Assembly (NCBI GenBank): GCA_902764415.1
Contig: CACWVU010000001.1
Span: forward strand, 67,395-131,394
Length of the DNA stretch: 64,000 nucleotides
Direction: 5' to 3'
Origin: an uncultured bacterium
GTDB taxonomy: Bacteria; Verrucomicrobiota; Kiritimatiellia; RFP12; UBA1067
Below, piece by piece: positions 18,870 through 28,641 of the stretch (within the stretch, counting starts at the first letter, position 1; every line of letters begins with the position of its first letter). The notes below the pieces were generated by a model that had not been told where the DNA came from, did no database searches, and saw only the letters and a list, made by a program, of their open reading frames with translations. A program made the position numbers and the translations under genes.

Positions 18870-21800
18870 GTGGCCGAGTTTGTACATCTCCACCTGCATA
18901 CCACCTATTCGCTGCTCGACGGGCAGTGCCAGATCGTGCCGCTCGTGAAGAAGGCGCGGCGGCTGGGCATGAAGGCGCTTGCCGTCACCGACCACGGCAA
19001 CCTGTTCGCGCTCAAGAGCTTCTACGACGAGTGCCGGTCGAAGAAGGACAAGGTCTACGGCGAGTTCGCCGGCGCCACGGTCAAGCCCATCCTCGGCTGC
19101 GAGGCCTACGTCACCTCCACCGGCGACTACCTCAGCCGCGACAAGGGCGAGTTCCGCCACCACCTCTGCCTGCACGCGAAGAACCTGACCGGCTACCACA
19201 ACCTCGTCAAGCTGATCTCCGAGGCCAGCGTCAACGGCTTCTACAACCGCCCGCGCATCGACAAGAGGCTCCTCGAGCGCTACCACGAGGGGCTGATGTG
19301 CTCCTCGGCCTGCATCGCCGGAGAGGTGGCGCAGGCGCTCGCCGCGGACGACATGGCCGCCGCGGAAAGTGCCGCGGCCTGGTACCGCGACCTCTTCGGC
19401 GACGACTACTCGCTTGAGGTGATGCTCCATAAGGCGGCGAAGTCCGGCCCGGACGTGCCCGCCTCGGCGCAGCTCGAGTTCACTGACCTCTACGCGCGCC
19501 AGCTCAAGGTGGTCAAGGGCGCGCTGGAGCTGGGGAAGAGGCTCGGGATCCGCGTTATCGCCACCAACGACGTCCACTTCCTCGACGCGGAGGACGACGA
19601 CTCCCACGACATCCTTCTGGCGCTCTCTACCGGCAAGAAGCTATCGGACGAGAAGCGCCTCGTGTACACCGGCCAGGAGTACCTCAAGACGGCGGACGAG
19701 ATGGCGGCGCTGTTCGCCGAGTGTCCGGAGGTGGTGGCGAACACGCTCGAGGTCGCCGAGCGGGTCGAGGAGTACAGGCTCGATGGTCCGCCGATCGTGC
19801 CGAAGTTCGCGATTCCGCCGTCCTTCGGCAGCGAGGCCGACTACGCGAAGCGGTTCGGCGCGGACGCGCTGAAGGCCGAGTTCGACGAGGACAAGGCGGG
19901 CAACTTCGAGCGGCTCGGCGGCTACGACAAGGTGCTGCGGGTGAAGTTCGAGGCGGACTACCTCGCCTCGCTCGTCTGGGCCGGCGCGGCGAAGCGCTGG
20001 GGCGACCCGCTGCCGGACGACATCCGCGCGCGGCTCGAGTTCGAGCTCAGGACGATCAAGCTGATGGGCTTTCCCGGCTACTTCCTCATCGTCTGCGACT
20101 ACATCCGCGCCGCGCGCGAGGAGTGCGGGGTGTGGGTGGGCCCGGGGCGCGGCTCGGCGGCCGGCTCGGCAGTCGCCTACGCGCTCTGGATCACCAATGT
20201 CGACCCGCTCAAGTACGACCTCCTCTTCGAGCGGTTCCTCAACCCCGACCGCATCTCCATGCCCGACATCGACGTCGACTTCGACGACGCCGGGCGCGAG
20301 CGCGTGCTCGACTACGTGACGCGCCGCTACGGAGCCGACCACGTCGCCCACATCGTCACTTTCGGGCAGATGGCGGCGAAGAGCGCGATCAAGGACGTCG
20401 GGCGGGTGATGGGCTACGACCTCGCCGCCACCAACAAGCTCGCATCCTACGTCCCCGACACCCCCAAGATCACCTTCAAGGCGGCGACGAGCCCTACCGA
20501 CAAGCACGGCGAGGCCAACAAGGACTACTCGCCCGACCTGGTGGACGCCTTCAACAGCGCCGACCCGACGGTGCACTCGCTCATGGAGCGCGCCGCCCGG
20601 CTCGAGGGCTGCATCCGCCAGCCCGGCGTGCACGCCTGCGGCGTCATCATCTCGCGCGACCCGATCGTCGAGACCCTGCCGGTGATGCAGACGCCGGAGA
20701 AGGGCGGGAAGAAGAAGCCCGACGGAGAATCTGCCGCGGGCGGCGACAAGCTGCTCACCACCCAGTACGACGGCCATTTCGTGGAGCCGGTGGGGCTCCT
20801 CAAGATGGACTTCCTCGGGCTCAAGACGCTCACGGTAGAGAAGGAGTGCGTCGCGCTGCTGGGCAAGGACAGCCCGCGCGTCCCGAAGGCGATCCGCGGC
20901 GCCGACGGTTTCCTCGACCCGGACAGGATTCCGGACGACGACCGCGCGACCTACGAGCTCTTCGGCCGCGGCGAGACGACCGGCCTTTTCCAGTTCGAGT
21001 CGCCGGGCATGAAGAAGTGGCTCCGGGCGCTCCAGCCCGAGCGGCTCTCCGACCTCGTGGCCATGAACGCGCTCTACCGCCCCGGCCCGATGGAGTACAT
21101 CCCCGACTTCGTCGACCGCAAGCAGGGGCGCAAGGAGGTGGCATACGACCATCCGCTGATGGAGCAGCGGCTCAAGGACACCTACGGCATCACCGTCTAC
21201 CAGGAGCAGGTGATGCTGCTCTCGCGCGACCTCGCCGGATTCTCCCGCGGCGACTCCGACATGCTGCGCAAGGCGATGGGCAAGAAGCTCATCGACGTGA
21301 TGAGCGAGCTGAAGGCGAAGTTCGTCAAGGGTTGCATGGCGAACAAGGCGTTCCGCGTCGGCGAGTGGGAGGACGAGGCGGCGGCGATGCGCCTCGTGGA
21401 GAAGATCTGGAGCGACTGGGAGGCGTTCGCGTCCTACGCGTTCAACAAGTCCCACTCCGTCTGCTACGCGTGGATCGCCTACCAGACCGGCTACCTCAAG
21501 GCGCACTACCCGGCCGAGTTCATGTGCGCGCAGATCTCGTCCGAAATCGGCAACTTCGACAAGCTCCCCGGCTTCGTCGCCGAGGCGCAGGAGATCGGGC
21601 TCGCGCTGAAGCTCCCGGACGTCAACGAGTCCGGCGCGCGGTTCACCCCGACCCGCGACGCGCGCGGCATCCGCTACGGCCTCGGCGGCATCAAGGGCGT
21701 CGGCGCGGCGGCGGCCGAGGCGATCGTCGCCGAGCGCGAGGCGAACGGCCCCTACACTGGGTTCATGGACTTCTGCATGCGCCTCGCGGGGCTCAACCTC

Positions 21801-23084
21801 GTCAACCGCCGCGTGCTCGAGAACCTGGTGCGCACGGGCGCGTTCTCCACCCTCGAACCAAACCGCGCGAAGCTCTTCGGCAACATCGAGTTCGCGCTCA
21901 AGAAGTCCCAGCTCCACGCCAAGGAGAGCGCGAGCGCGCAGACGAACTTCTTCGACCTCATGGCCGACGGCGGCAAGGAGGTGGCGGACGACTCATGCCT
22001 CGCCGACTTTCCGCCCTGGGCGCCGGCCGAGGACCTCAAGAACGAGCGCGACTTCCTCGGCGTCTACATCTCCGGCAACCCGCTCGCGTGCTGCGCCGAG
22101 CTGCTCCGGGAGGCGTCGGCGATGCGGGTCGACCGCAAGGACGCCGAGACGGTGCCGTTCGACTTCTCGATGATCGAGCGCAGGAAGGAGCCTGCGGAGG
22201 AGGCGGACGAGGCCGAGGGCGCGGACGACGAGACCGTCGGCGATGGCGAGGCGGACGGCGAGGACGCGGCGGAGGCGGAGGCGCGCGAGGAGCGGCAGGA
22301 CGTCGAGTCGCTCCTCCGCACCGGCGAGGAGAAGGACTGGATCCTCAAGGGCCTCGCGCGCGCCGCGCTCCGGGCGAAGGGCGGAGTGAACTGGTCCAAC
22401 CGGGACGCCGTCAACAAGGCGGTGGCGAAGCTCAAGCCCGTGATCAAGGCGGCCGCCGACAAGACGCTCCTCAAGAAGATCGACGTCCGGGCGGTGGGGA
22501 TCCTCGAGCAGTGCTTCGTGAAGACGCCGAAGCCGCGTCCCGACGGCAGCGTTGGCGCGAAGTGGGCGGTGCTCGCGCTTGACGACGGCCGCGGCCGCGC
22601 GGAGGGCGCGGCGTTCGCCAAGGTGTGGACGCAGTGCGCCGGCCTCGAGCAGAAGAAGGACCAGCTGGTGATGGTGACGGGCGAGATCGCCCACAAGGCG
22701 GTCTACGCGAAGGACGACGTCCGCCGCGAGCATCCCCAGATTGGCGACCTTTCCTTCACCATCAAGGAGGCGATGCCGCTCGAGGACGCGATGCCGATGG
22801 TGTCGAAGGGGCTGACGGTGCGGCTCGACAGCGCCGACCCCGACACGCCGCGCCGCGCCGCGGCGCTGAACGAGGCCGTCGCGAAGAGCCCCGGCCTGCT
22901 GCCGGTCCGCATCGAGCTCGAGCACGAAGGGCGCACGGTTGAGGTAGAGCTCCGCGGCCGCGCGGCGGTCACGCTCTCCTTCCTCTCCGAGCTCGACAAG
23001 GCCGTCGGCCAGGGCTGCATCTCCTTCGGGCTCTCGGACGAGCTCGTGATCGTGCCGCGCGCGCCGATGCCCTGGGAGGTGTAG
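18870..23084 (+). CDS. dnaE: DNA polymerase III alpha subunit
   Basis: GTG start; PHP domain FVHLHLHT..SLLDG, GRGSAAGS, PDIDVDF, KMDFLGL, GLFQFES and YAFNKSH. Confidence 0.96.
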   Translation: MAEFVHLHLHTTYSLLDGQCQIVPLVKKARRLGMKALAVTDHGNLFALKSFYDECRSKKDKVYGEFAGATVKPILGCEAYVTSTGDYLSRDKGEFRHHLCLHAKNLTGYHNLVKLISEASVNGFYNRPRIDKRLLERYHEGLMCSSACIAGEVAQALAADDMAAAESAAAWYRDLFGDDYSLEVMLHKAAKSGPDVPASAQLEFTDLYARQLKVVKGALELGKRLGIRVIATNDVHFLDAEDDDSHDILLALSTGKKLSDEKRLVYTGQEYLKTADEMAALFAECPEVVANTLEVAERVEEYRLDGPPIVPKFAIPPSFGSEADYAKRFGADALKAEFDEDKAGNFERLGGYDKVLRVKFEADYLASLVWAGAAKRWGDPLPDDIRARLEFELRTIKLMGFPGYFLIVCDYIRAAREECGVWVGPGRGSAAGSAVAYALWITNVDPLKYDLLFERFLNPDRISMPDIDVDFDDAGRERVLDYVTRRYGADHVAHIVTFGQMAAKSAIKDVGRVMGYDLAATNKLASYVPDTPKITFKAATSPTDKHGEANKDYSPDLVDAFNSADPTVHSLMERAARLEGCIRQPGVHACGVIISRDPIVETLPVMQTPEKGGKKKPDGESAAGGDKLLTTQYDGHFVEPVGLLKMDFLGLKTLTVEKECVALLGKDSPRVPKAIRGADGFLDPDRIPDDDRATYELFGRGETTGLFQFESPGMKKWLRALQPERLSDLVAMNALYRPGPMEYIPDFVDRKQGRKEVAYDHPLMEQRLKDTYGITVYQEQVMLLSRDLAGFSRGDSDMLRKAMGKKLIDVMSELKAKFVKGCMANKAFRVGEWEDEAAAMRLVEKIWSDWEAFASYAFNKSHSVCYAWIAYQTGYLKAHYPAEFMCAQISSEIGNFDKLPGFVAEAQEIGLALKLPDVNESGARFTPTRDARGIRYGLGGIKGVGAAAAEAIVAEREANGPYTGFMDFCMRLAGLNLVNRRVLENLVRTGAFSTLEPNRAKLFGNIEFALKKSQLHAKESASAQTNFFDLMADGGKEVADDSCLADFPPWAPAEDLKNERDFLGVYISGNPLACCAELLREASAMRVDRKDAETVPFDFSMIERRKEPAEEADEAEGADDETVGDGEADGEDAAEAEAREERQDVESLLRTGEEKDWILKGLARAALRAKGGVNWSNRDAVNKAVAKLKPVIKAAADKTLLKKIDVRAVGILEQCFVKTPKPRPDGSVGAKWAVLALDDGRGRAEGAAFAKVWTQCAGLEQKKDQLVMVTGEIAHKAVYAKDDVRREHPQIGDLSFTIKEAMPLEDAMPMVSKGLTVRLDSADPDTPRRAAALNEAVAKSPGLLPVRIELEHEGRTVEVELRGRAAVTLSFLSELDKAVGQGCISFGLSDELVIVPRAPMPWEV

Positions 23085-23098
23085 GACAGAAAGTGAAC

Positions 23099-25210
23099 AT
23101 GACCATGAGCTACAGGACGATGGCGGCGGTGCTGGCCGCGCTTGCCGCCGCAGGCGGATGCACTACGGCGGTGGAGGAGCCGCAGCCCGCGCCGGCGAAG
23201 ATCACCCTCCACCTGAACGCGAATCCGATCCGCGACGTGTCGAAGTCGTCGTGCGCGCCGGTGCTCGGCTACGCCGGCGGCGGCGTCGGCGGCGGAGAGG
23301 ACGCGAAGTGGCTCTTCGAGACCCATCGCCAGGAGGCGGCGAGGCTCTTCCGCCGGTGCGGCGCGAGGTTCGTGCGCCACTGGGACGCCAACCGCCAGTG
23401 GCAGATCGGCGCGGGCGCGCTGCTGGTCAAGGACAAGCAGACCGGCAAGATGAAGAACCGTTTTGCGGAGCGGACGACCGACATGAAGAACGCCTTCTCC
23501 TTCTACAAGGAGTACGGCGTCAAGGTGATGCTGACGCTCGAGAACTACGGGGCGCTCACCAACCTGGAGACCGGCGCCACTTCCTCCGACATCGGCATCG
23601 TCAAGCAGCACATCTGCGACTACGTGCAGTGGATCGTCGACAACGGCTTCAAGGAGGTGGTCGCCGGTTTCGAGCTCGGCAACGAGCCGTACTGGGCCGG
23701 CGGCTCGATGTTCACGAACCAGTTCAACACACCGGAGAACTTCGCCGCCAGGTGGTGCGAGATCGTCCCCGAGATCAAGCGGATCTTTCCGGAGTGCGAG
23801 ATTGGCATGCCGCTCGCCGAGTACTTCAGCGCCGACCCAGACATAGCCGCGGTGCGCGCCCGCACCGAGCAGGCCGAGAAGATCGAGGCCAAGGGATATT
23901 TCGATGCCAGCTGCATGAACCAGTGGTCTGCGCGCTTCATCAAGGCGATGGCCCCGCAGCTCCACAACGTCAGCCACGTCATCTACCACTCCTACGGCGC
24001 GGACGCTCCGTTCTCCGCCACCTACTGGGGGCTGCGGCGCTACCGCCGCTTCACCGAGGCGTTCCCCGAGCTCAAGGGCAAGAAGTTCTGGATCACCGAG
24101 TGGCGCGACCGGTCCGACGAGGAGGTGCCGTCGCACCAGCGCTTCCGCGAGACGCTGAACAAGTCCGCCTTCATGCTGATGATGGCGGCGCATCCCGACG
24201 TCGACGGCATGAACCTCCACGAGTTCCGCTGCCAGACCGGCTCGCTGATGTGGTCCAACTGGGACCCGAAGACCAAGACCGGCAGCTGGCAGGTGCAGTG
24301 GATGAACGGCGGACCGGACCGCCCCGACTTCGAGTCCGCCGGCGAGAGCCGCGCCGTCGTCGGCAGCATGGGCCCGGCGATGCAGCTGATGGTGGAGTCG
24401 CTCCTGCGCTATCCGGTGGTGATGGACTTCGGCAGCGCCAACTACGGCGCGTTCTCGGCGGGCGCGTCGAACGCGGTCTGGGCATGCTCCGACTATTACG
24501 CGAGCGTCCTCGACCGCCGCCTCGGCATCCGCAAGGGCCTCGCCACCGCCGACCTCCCGAAGGTCAAGGGCGACTGCGAGTACCTCGTGACCCGTTCCAA
24601 AGACAAGGGCATCTGGGCGGTCCTCTGCGTGAACATGAACCCGCACGACGTCGAGTTCGACTTCGAATTCGACGGCTGGTGCACCCCGGGCGCGCCGGAC
24701 ATCCGCTCCACCTTCTGCGACGAGGCGTATGCCGACGCGCACGAGATCGCCGGCTTCGGCCGTCTCTCGCGCGAGTTCGCCTACCAGCCTTTCGCGATGG
24801 GCGTCGGCAAGTACCGGGTGCGCATCCCGGGCAACTCGGTGACCACCGTCACCATCCCCGTGCGCCCGACCTGGAAGGGCAACGCGGCCGCGGCGATCCT
24901 GCGCGCGGCGGTTCTCCTCGACGCGCCGTTCCCGCCGCGGCCCGCCTGCGGCGCGGACCAGTCGCCGGACGACTACCACTACTTCGGCGAGCTCGACCGC
25001 TACGGCAAGCTCACCGTGACCGAGAAGGGACGGAAGGTCTGCGACGCGAAGGTCGGCAAGCTGCACGACGCCGCGGCGCTCAGGACCATGAAGGCGTCCG
25101 ACCATGAGCGCAAGCTCGAGCTGGTGCTGGAGACCGACATCCAGGACCCGGAGATCTTCGCCAAGCTCAAGGCAGACATCGCAAAATTCTATGAAGTCGA
25201 ACTCAAATAG
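23099..25210 (+). CDS. Putative lipoprotein glycoside hydrolase, clan GH-A-like
   Basis: Lipobox-like LAAAGGC; FELGNEP (acid/base) and FWITEW (nucleophile); C-terminal beta-sandwich-like IPGNSVTTV. Start uncertain (23093/23099/23105). Confidence 0.65.
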   Translation: MTMSYRTMAAVLAALAAAGGCTTAVEEPQPAPAKITLHLNANPIRDVSKSSCAPVLGYAGGGVGGGEDAKWLFETHRQEAARLFRRCGARFVRHWDANRQWQIGAGALLVKDKQTGKMKNRFAERTTDMKNAFSFYKEYGVKVMLTLENYGALTNLETGATSSDIGIVKQHICDYVQWIVDNGFKEVVAGFELGNEPYWAGGSMFTNQFNTPENFAARWCEIVPEIKRIFPECEIGMPLAEYFSADPDIAAVRARTEQAEKIEAKGYFDASCMNQWSARFIKAMAPQLHNVSHVIYHSYGADAPFSATYWGLRRYRRFTEAFPELKGKKFWITEWRDRSDEEVPSHQRFRETLNKSAFMLMMAAHPDVDGMNLHEFRCQTGSLMWSNWDPKTKTGSWQVQWMNGGPDRPDFESAGESRAVVGSMGPAMQLMVESLLRYPVVMDFGSANYGAFSAGASNAVWACSDYYASVLDRRLGIRKGLATADLPKVKGDCEYLVTRSKDKGIWAVLCVNMNPHDVEFDFEFDGWCTPGAPDIRSTFCDEAYADAHEIAGFGRLSREFAYQPFAMGVGKYRVRIPGNSVTTVTIPVRPTWKGNAAAAILRAAVLLDAPFPPRPACGADQSPDDYHYFGELDRYGKLTVTEKGRKVCDAKVGKLHDAAALRTMKASDHERKLELVLETDIQDPEIFAKLKADIAKFYEVELK

Positions 25211-26042
25211 TCCCGCGTCCGTCGCGCCGTGCTGCCTGACCATCGCCGGCAGCGACTCCGGCGGCAACGCCGGCGTCCAGGCCGACCTGCGCGCGTTCCA
25301 CGCCTACGGCCTCCACGGCTGCACCGTGTTCGCCGCGCTGACCGCGCAGAATCCGTCCGGCGTAAGCGGCGTGATGGCGGTGCCGGCCGACTTCGTCGCC
25401 TCGCAGCTCGACGCGGTGCTGGGCATCTACTCAATCCGCGCGTTGAAGACCGGCATGCTCGCCGACGTCGCCGCGATCGAGGCGATCGCCGCGCGGATCT
25501 GGGCGCATCCCGAGATCGCCAAGGTGGTCGACCCGGTGATGATCGCCACCAGCGGTGTGCGGCTCGTCTCCGAGGACGCGGTGGAGGCGGTCAAGCGGCG
25601 GCTCCTGCCGCTCGCGACGATTGCCACCCCCAACCTGCCCGAGGCGGAGGCGCTGTGCGGGCTTGACCCCGCCGATGGCGCCCGCGGCGCCGATGCCGCC
25701 CATGCGGCTGAACTGGCGCGGGAGATCTGCGGCCGCTACGGCTGCGCGACGCTGGTGAAGGGCGGCCACGGTTCCGGCCAGGCGGCGGTGGACGTTCTCT
25801 GCACGCGCGCGCCCGACGGCTCGTTCGTTGTCCGCGAGTTCCCGCTTCCGTGGATAGAGAATCCCGTCTCGACCCACGGCACCGGATGCACGCTGGCCGC
25901 GGCACTCGCGGCGGAACTGGCGCTCGGACACGGAATCGAGGCTGCGGTCGCAGGCGCGAAGGAGCACGTCCACCGCGCCATCGCGGGCTCGTACCTGGTC
26001 GGACCCGACTGTGGCGTGTTGGGCTTCGCACCAATGGTCTGA
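25191..26042 (+). CDS. thiD: Hydroxymethylpyrimidine/phosphomethylpyrimidine kinase
   Basis: LTIAGSDSGG.AGVQADL, LTAQN, KTGML, VVDPVM, TPNLPE, KGGH and THGTGCT motifs. Confidence 0.93.
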   Translation: MKSNSNSPASVAPCCLTIAGSDSGGNAGVQADLRAFHAYGLHGCTVFAALTAQNPSGVSGVMAVPADFVASQLDAVLGIYSIRALKTGMLADVAAIEAIAARIWAHPEIAKVVDPVMIATSGVRLVSEDAVEAVKRRLLPLATIATPNLPEAEALCGLDPADGARGADAAHAAELAREICGRYGCATLVKGGHGSGQAAVDVLCTRAPDGSFVVREFPLPWIENPVSTHGTGCTLAAALAAELALGHGIEAAVAGAKEHVHRAIAGSYLVGPDCGVLGFAPMV

Positions 26043-26056
26043 AGAGGAGTGTACGG

Positions 26057-26359
26057 ATGGCTTATTACAGCGAGACGGCGGAAGGGGTGGTGCTGAACGT
26101 GCGGGCGCAGCCGCGCTCGTCGCGTAGCGGCGTCGACGGCGTTATCGGCGACGCGCTCAAGGTACGGATCCGCTCGGCGCCGGTCGACGGCAAGGCGAAC
26201 AAGGAACTGGTGGAGACGCTGGCTGACTTCTTCTCGCTGCCGAAGAGCCGGGTGAGCTTTGTCGGCGGCGAGACCTCGAAGAGCAAGCGCATCCTGCTCG
26301 CAGGGCTCGGCGCGGCGGAACTGCGCGTGGTGGAGGAGGGCGGATGGAAGGGGAAATGA
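26057..26359 (+). CDS. DUF167/YggU family protein
   Basis: VRAQPRSSR, LKVRIRSAPVDGKAN and GETSKSK motifs. Confidence 0.9.
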   Translation: MAYYSETAEGVVLNVRAQPRSSRSGVDGVIGDALKVRIRSAPVDGKANKELVETLADFFSLPKSRVSFVGGETSKSKRILLAGLGAAELRVVEEGGWKGK

Positions 26360-27024
26360 CCGTCGGCGAGTTCGCCGCAGAGCTTCGCCGCGGCGCGCGC
26401 GCGGTGCTGCAGGTGCGTCACGCGGAGCGTCCGAAGATCGACCACGACGACCCCACCTTCGGCGACAGGTTGCCGATTACCGAGGCGGGCATGGCCACCG
26501 CGCTGAAATTCGGCGCCATGCTCGCGGAGTTTCGGGACGACGTCACCTTCGTCTCCAGTCCGCTTCGGCGCACTCGGATGACCGCCGCGACGATTGCGGA
26601 GGGGATGGGGGTTAGGTCGCCGGTGATCCCGGTCGACGAGCTCTTGGGCAACGGGTCGTTCTACTACGACGATCCGCTCATTGTGCTGAAGGTGTTCAAG
26701 GAGCGGGACTTCTTCGAGGCGTGCTGCGAATACTACGCGACCGGGAACCTCCCCGGCTTTCGTCCGCTCGCCGCCTCGGCGGACAGATGCGAGCGCTGGC
26801 TGCTGGAGCGGCTGGAGCGGCGGCTTTTGATCGCCTCCACCCACGACTGCTACATCGCGGCGCTGCTCGCCGCGCGCGGCGCGATTCCGCAGTTCTCCCG
26901 CGCGAACTGGCCGCGTTTCCTCGATTCCGCCGCGATCCTCGTCTATCCCGACGGCTCGCGCCGCTACGCGCTCGTACGCGCCGGCCTCTCCGACGGCATC
27001 TGCGGCGTTGCCGTTGAAGGTTGA
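26356..27024 (+). CDS. Histidine phosphatase family protein
   Basis: RHAER, SSPLRRT..TA and STHD motifs; alternative start at 26344. Confidence 0.8.
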   Translation: MTVGEFAAELRRGARAVLQVRHAERPKIDHDDPTFGDRLPITEAGMATALKFGAMLAEFRDDVTFVSSPLRRTRMTAATIAEGMGVRSPVIPVDELLGNGSFYYDDPLIVLKVFKERDFFEACCEYYATGNLPGFRPLAASADRCERWLLERLERRLLIASTHDCYIAALLAARGAIPQFSRANWPRFLDSAAILVYPDGSRRYALVRAGLSDGICGVAVEG

Positions 27025-27066
27025 AAAGTTGAAAAGTTGAAGGGTTGGAAGGCCACGAACCACCCG
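27013..27066 (+). repeat. Octamer-like GTTGAAAA tandem array followed by CCACGAA heptamer remnants
   Basis: GTTGAAG GTTGAAAA GTTGAAAA GTTGAAGG GTTGGAAGG CCACGAA CCACCCG. Confidence 0.7.
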
Positions 27067-27093
27067 CCTGCGCCAGATGTTGCTGCCTATGTC

Positions 27094-27130
27094 AAGGCTA
27101 CGGCGGGCAGGCGAATATGGTATAATACAC
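27094..27130 (+). promoter_or_regulatory. REP-like motif plus extended -10 promoter of cysS (36/37 identical to 38665-38701)
   Basis: AAGGCTACGGCGGGCAGGCGAATATGGTATAATACAC; TATAAT lies 9 nt before the ATG. Confidence 0.75.
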
Positions 27131-27135
27131 GCCAA

Positions 27136-28542
27136 ATGAACGTCTACAACAGCCTCTCCAGGAGAGTCGAGGAGCTCAAGCCCCTCGAGGGTAACGTCGT
27201 CCGCCTCTACACCTGCGGGCCGACCGTCTACAACTTCGCCCACATCGGCAACTTCCGCGCCTACACGTTCGAGGACGTCCTTAGGCGCGTCATCCAGTTT
27301 TGCGGCATGGGCGTGAAGCAGGTGATGAACCTCACCGACGTGGACGACAAGACCATCCGCAACGCCAACGCGAACGGGGTCGCCCTCGGCGACTACACCC
27401 AGACCTACAAGGACGCGTTCTTCGCGGACCTGAAGACGCTCAACATCCAGCCGGCCGAGGTCTACCCGGCGGCGACGGACCACATCCCGGAGATGATCGC
27501 GCTCGTCGCGAAGCTGGTCGAGAAGGGCATCGCCTACCAGAGCGACGACGGTTCGGTCTACTTCAGCGTCCGCAAGTTCCCCGGCTACGGCAAGCTCGCG
27601 CACATCGACTTCGACCACCAGCAGACCGGCCTCAGGTGCGCGGCCGACGAGTACGACAAGGAGAACGTAGGCGACTTCGCGCTCTGGAAGGCGTGGGAGG
27701 AGTCGGACGGCCCCGTCGGCTGGGACTCGCCGTGGGGACGCGGCCGCCCGGGCTGGCACATCGAGTGCTCGGCGATGTCGATGAAGTACCTCGGCGAGTC
27801 GTTCGACCTCCACACCGGCGGCATCGACAACCTCTTCCCGCACCACGAGAACGAGATCGCCCAGGCCGAGGCGGCGACCGGCAAGCCGTTCGTGCGCACC
27901 TGGATGCACTGCGCCCACCTCAAGGTGAACGGCGAGAAGATGTCCAAGTCGGCCGGCAACTTCTTCACGCTGCGCGACCTCGTCGAGAAGGGGTATACCG
28001 GACGCGAGATCCGCTATGTGCTGGTGAACGCCCACTACCGCACGGGGCTCAACTTCGCCTTCAGCGCGCTCGAGGACGCGCGGCGCTCGCTTGCCCGCGT
28101 CGACGAGTGCGTCGACAAGCTCGAGGCGGCCGCGGCCGGTGCCGCGGGCGACCTCGCCGCCGCGCCGGCGTTTGCGGCGAAGTGCCTTGAGGACTTCACC
28201 GCCGCCGTCTCCGACGACCTCAACCTGCCGCGCGGATTCGCCGCGCTCTTCGAGCTCGTGCGCGGTGCCAACGCCGCGATGCAGTCCGGTGGGCTCAAGC
28301 CGGCCGAGGCGGCCGCGGTGCTTGCGGTGTTCCGCCGCATGGACGAGGTGCTGGGCGTGGTGTTCTTCGGCCGGGCGAAGGCCGCCGAGATACCGGCGGA
28401 GGTCCAGGCGCTCGTTGACCGCCGTGCCGCCGCGCGAGCGGCGAAGGACTGGGCGGAGTCGGACAAGATCCGCGACGAGCTCGCCGCCGCCGGCTGGGCG
28501 GTGAAGGACTCCAAGTCCGGCCAGCAGCTCAGCCGGATTTAG
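27136..28542 (+). CDS. cysS: Cysteinyl-tRNA synthetase
   Basis: YTCGPTVY, HIGN, DFALWK, GRPGWHIECSAM, FPHHENE and KMSKS motifs. Confidence 0.97.
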   Translation: MNVYNSLSRRVEELKPLEGNVVRLYTCGPTVYNFAHIGNFRAYTFEDVLRRVIQFCGMGVKQVMNLTDVDDKTIRNANANGVALGDYTQTYKDAFFADLKTLNIQPAEVYPAATDHIPEMIALVAKLVEKGIAYQSDDGSVYFSVRKFPGYGKLAHIDFDHQQTGLRCAADEYDKENVGDFALWKAWEESDGPVGWDSPWGRGRPGWHIECSAMSMKYLGESFDLHTGGIDNLFPHHENEIAQAEAATGKPFVRTWMHCAHLKVNGEKMSKSAGNFFTLRDLVEKGYTGREIRYVLVNAHYRTGLNFAFSALEDARRSLARVDECVDKLEAAAAGAAGDLAAAPAFAAKCLEDFTAAVSDDLNLPRGFAALFELVRGANAAMQSGGLKPAEAAAVLAVFRRMDEVLGVVFFGRAKAAEIPAEVQALVDRRAAARAAKDWAESDKIRDELAAAGWAVKDSKSGQQLSRI

Positions 28543-28570
28543 CGCTCTTTAACAGGGGGAGCAGCCCAAG

Positions 28571-28633
28571 TCTCCCGGCTCCCGGACAACGAGCCACGAA
28601 TCACGAATTACGCAACGCGATTTTTGGTATAAT
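28571..28633 (+). repeat. Degenerate heptamer array abutting a TGGTATAAT promoter
   Basis: TCTCCCG GCTCCCG GACAACG AGCCACG AATCACG AATTACG CAACGCG, then ATTTTTGGTATAAT. Confidence 0.7.
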
Positions 28634-28641
28634 ACACCTAA

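Noticed and set aside
22120-22480. Intein in dnaE
   Set aside because: No C/S N-terminal or HN-C/S/T splice motifs and no LAGLIDADG block; this is a low-complexity insert.
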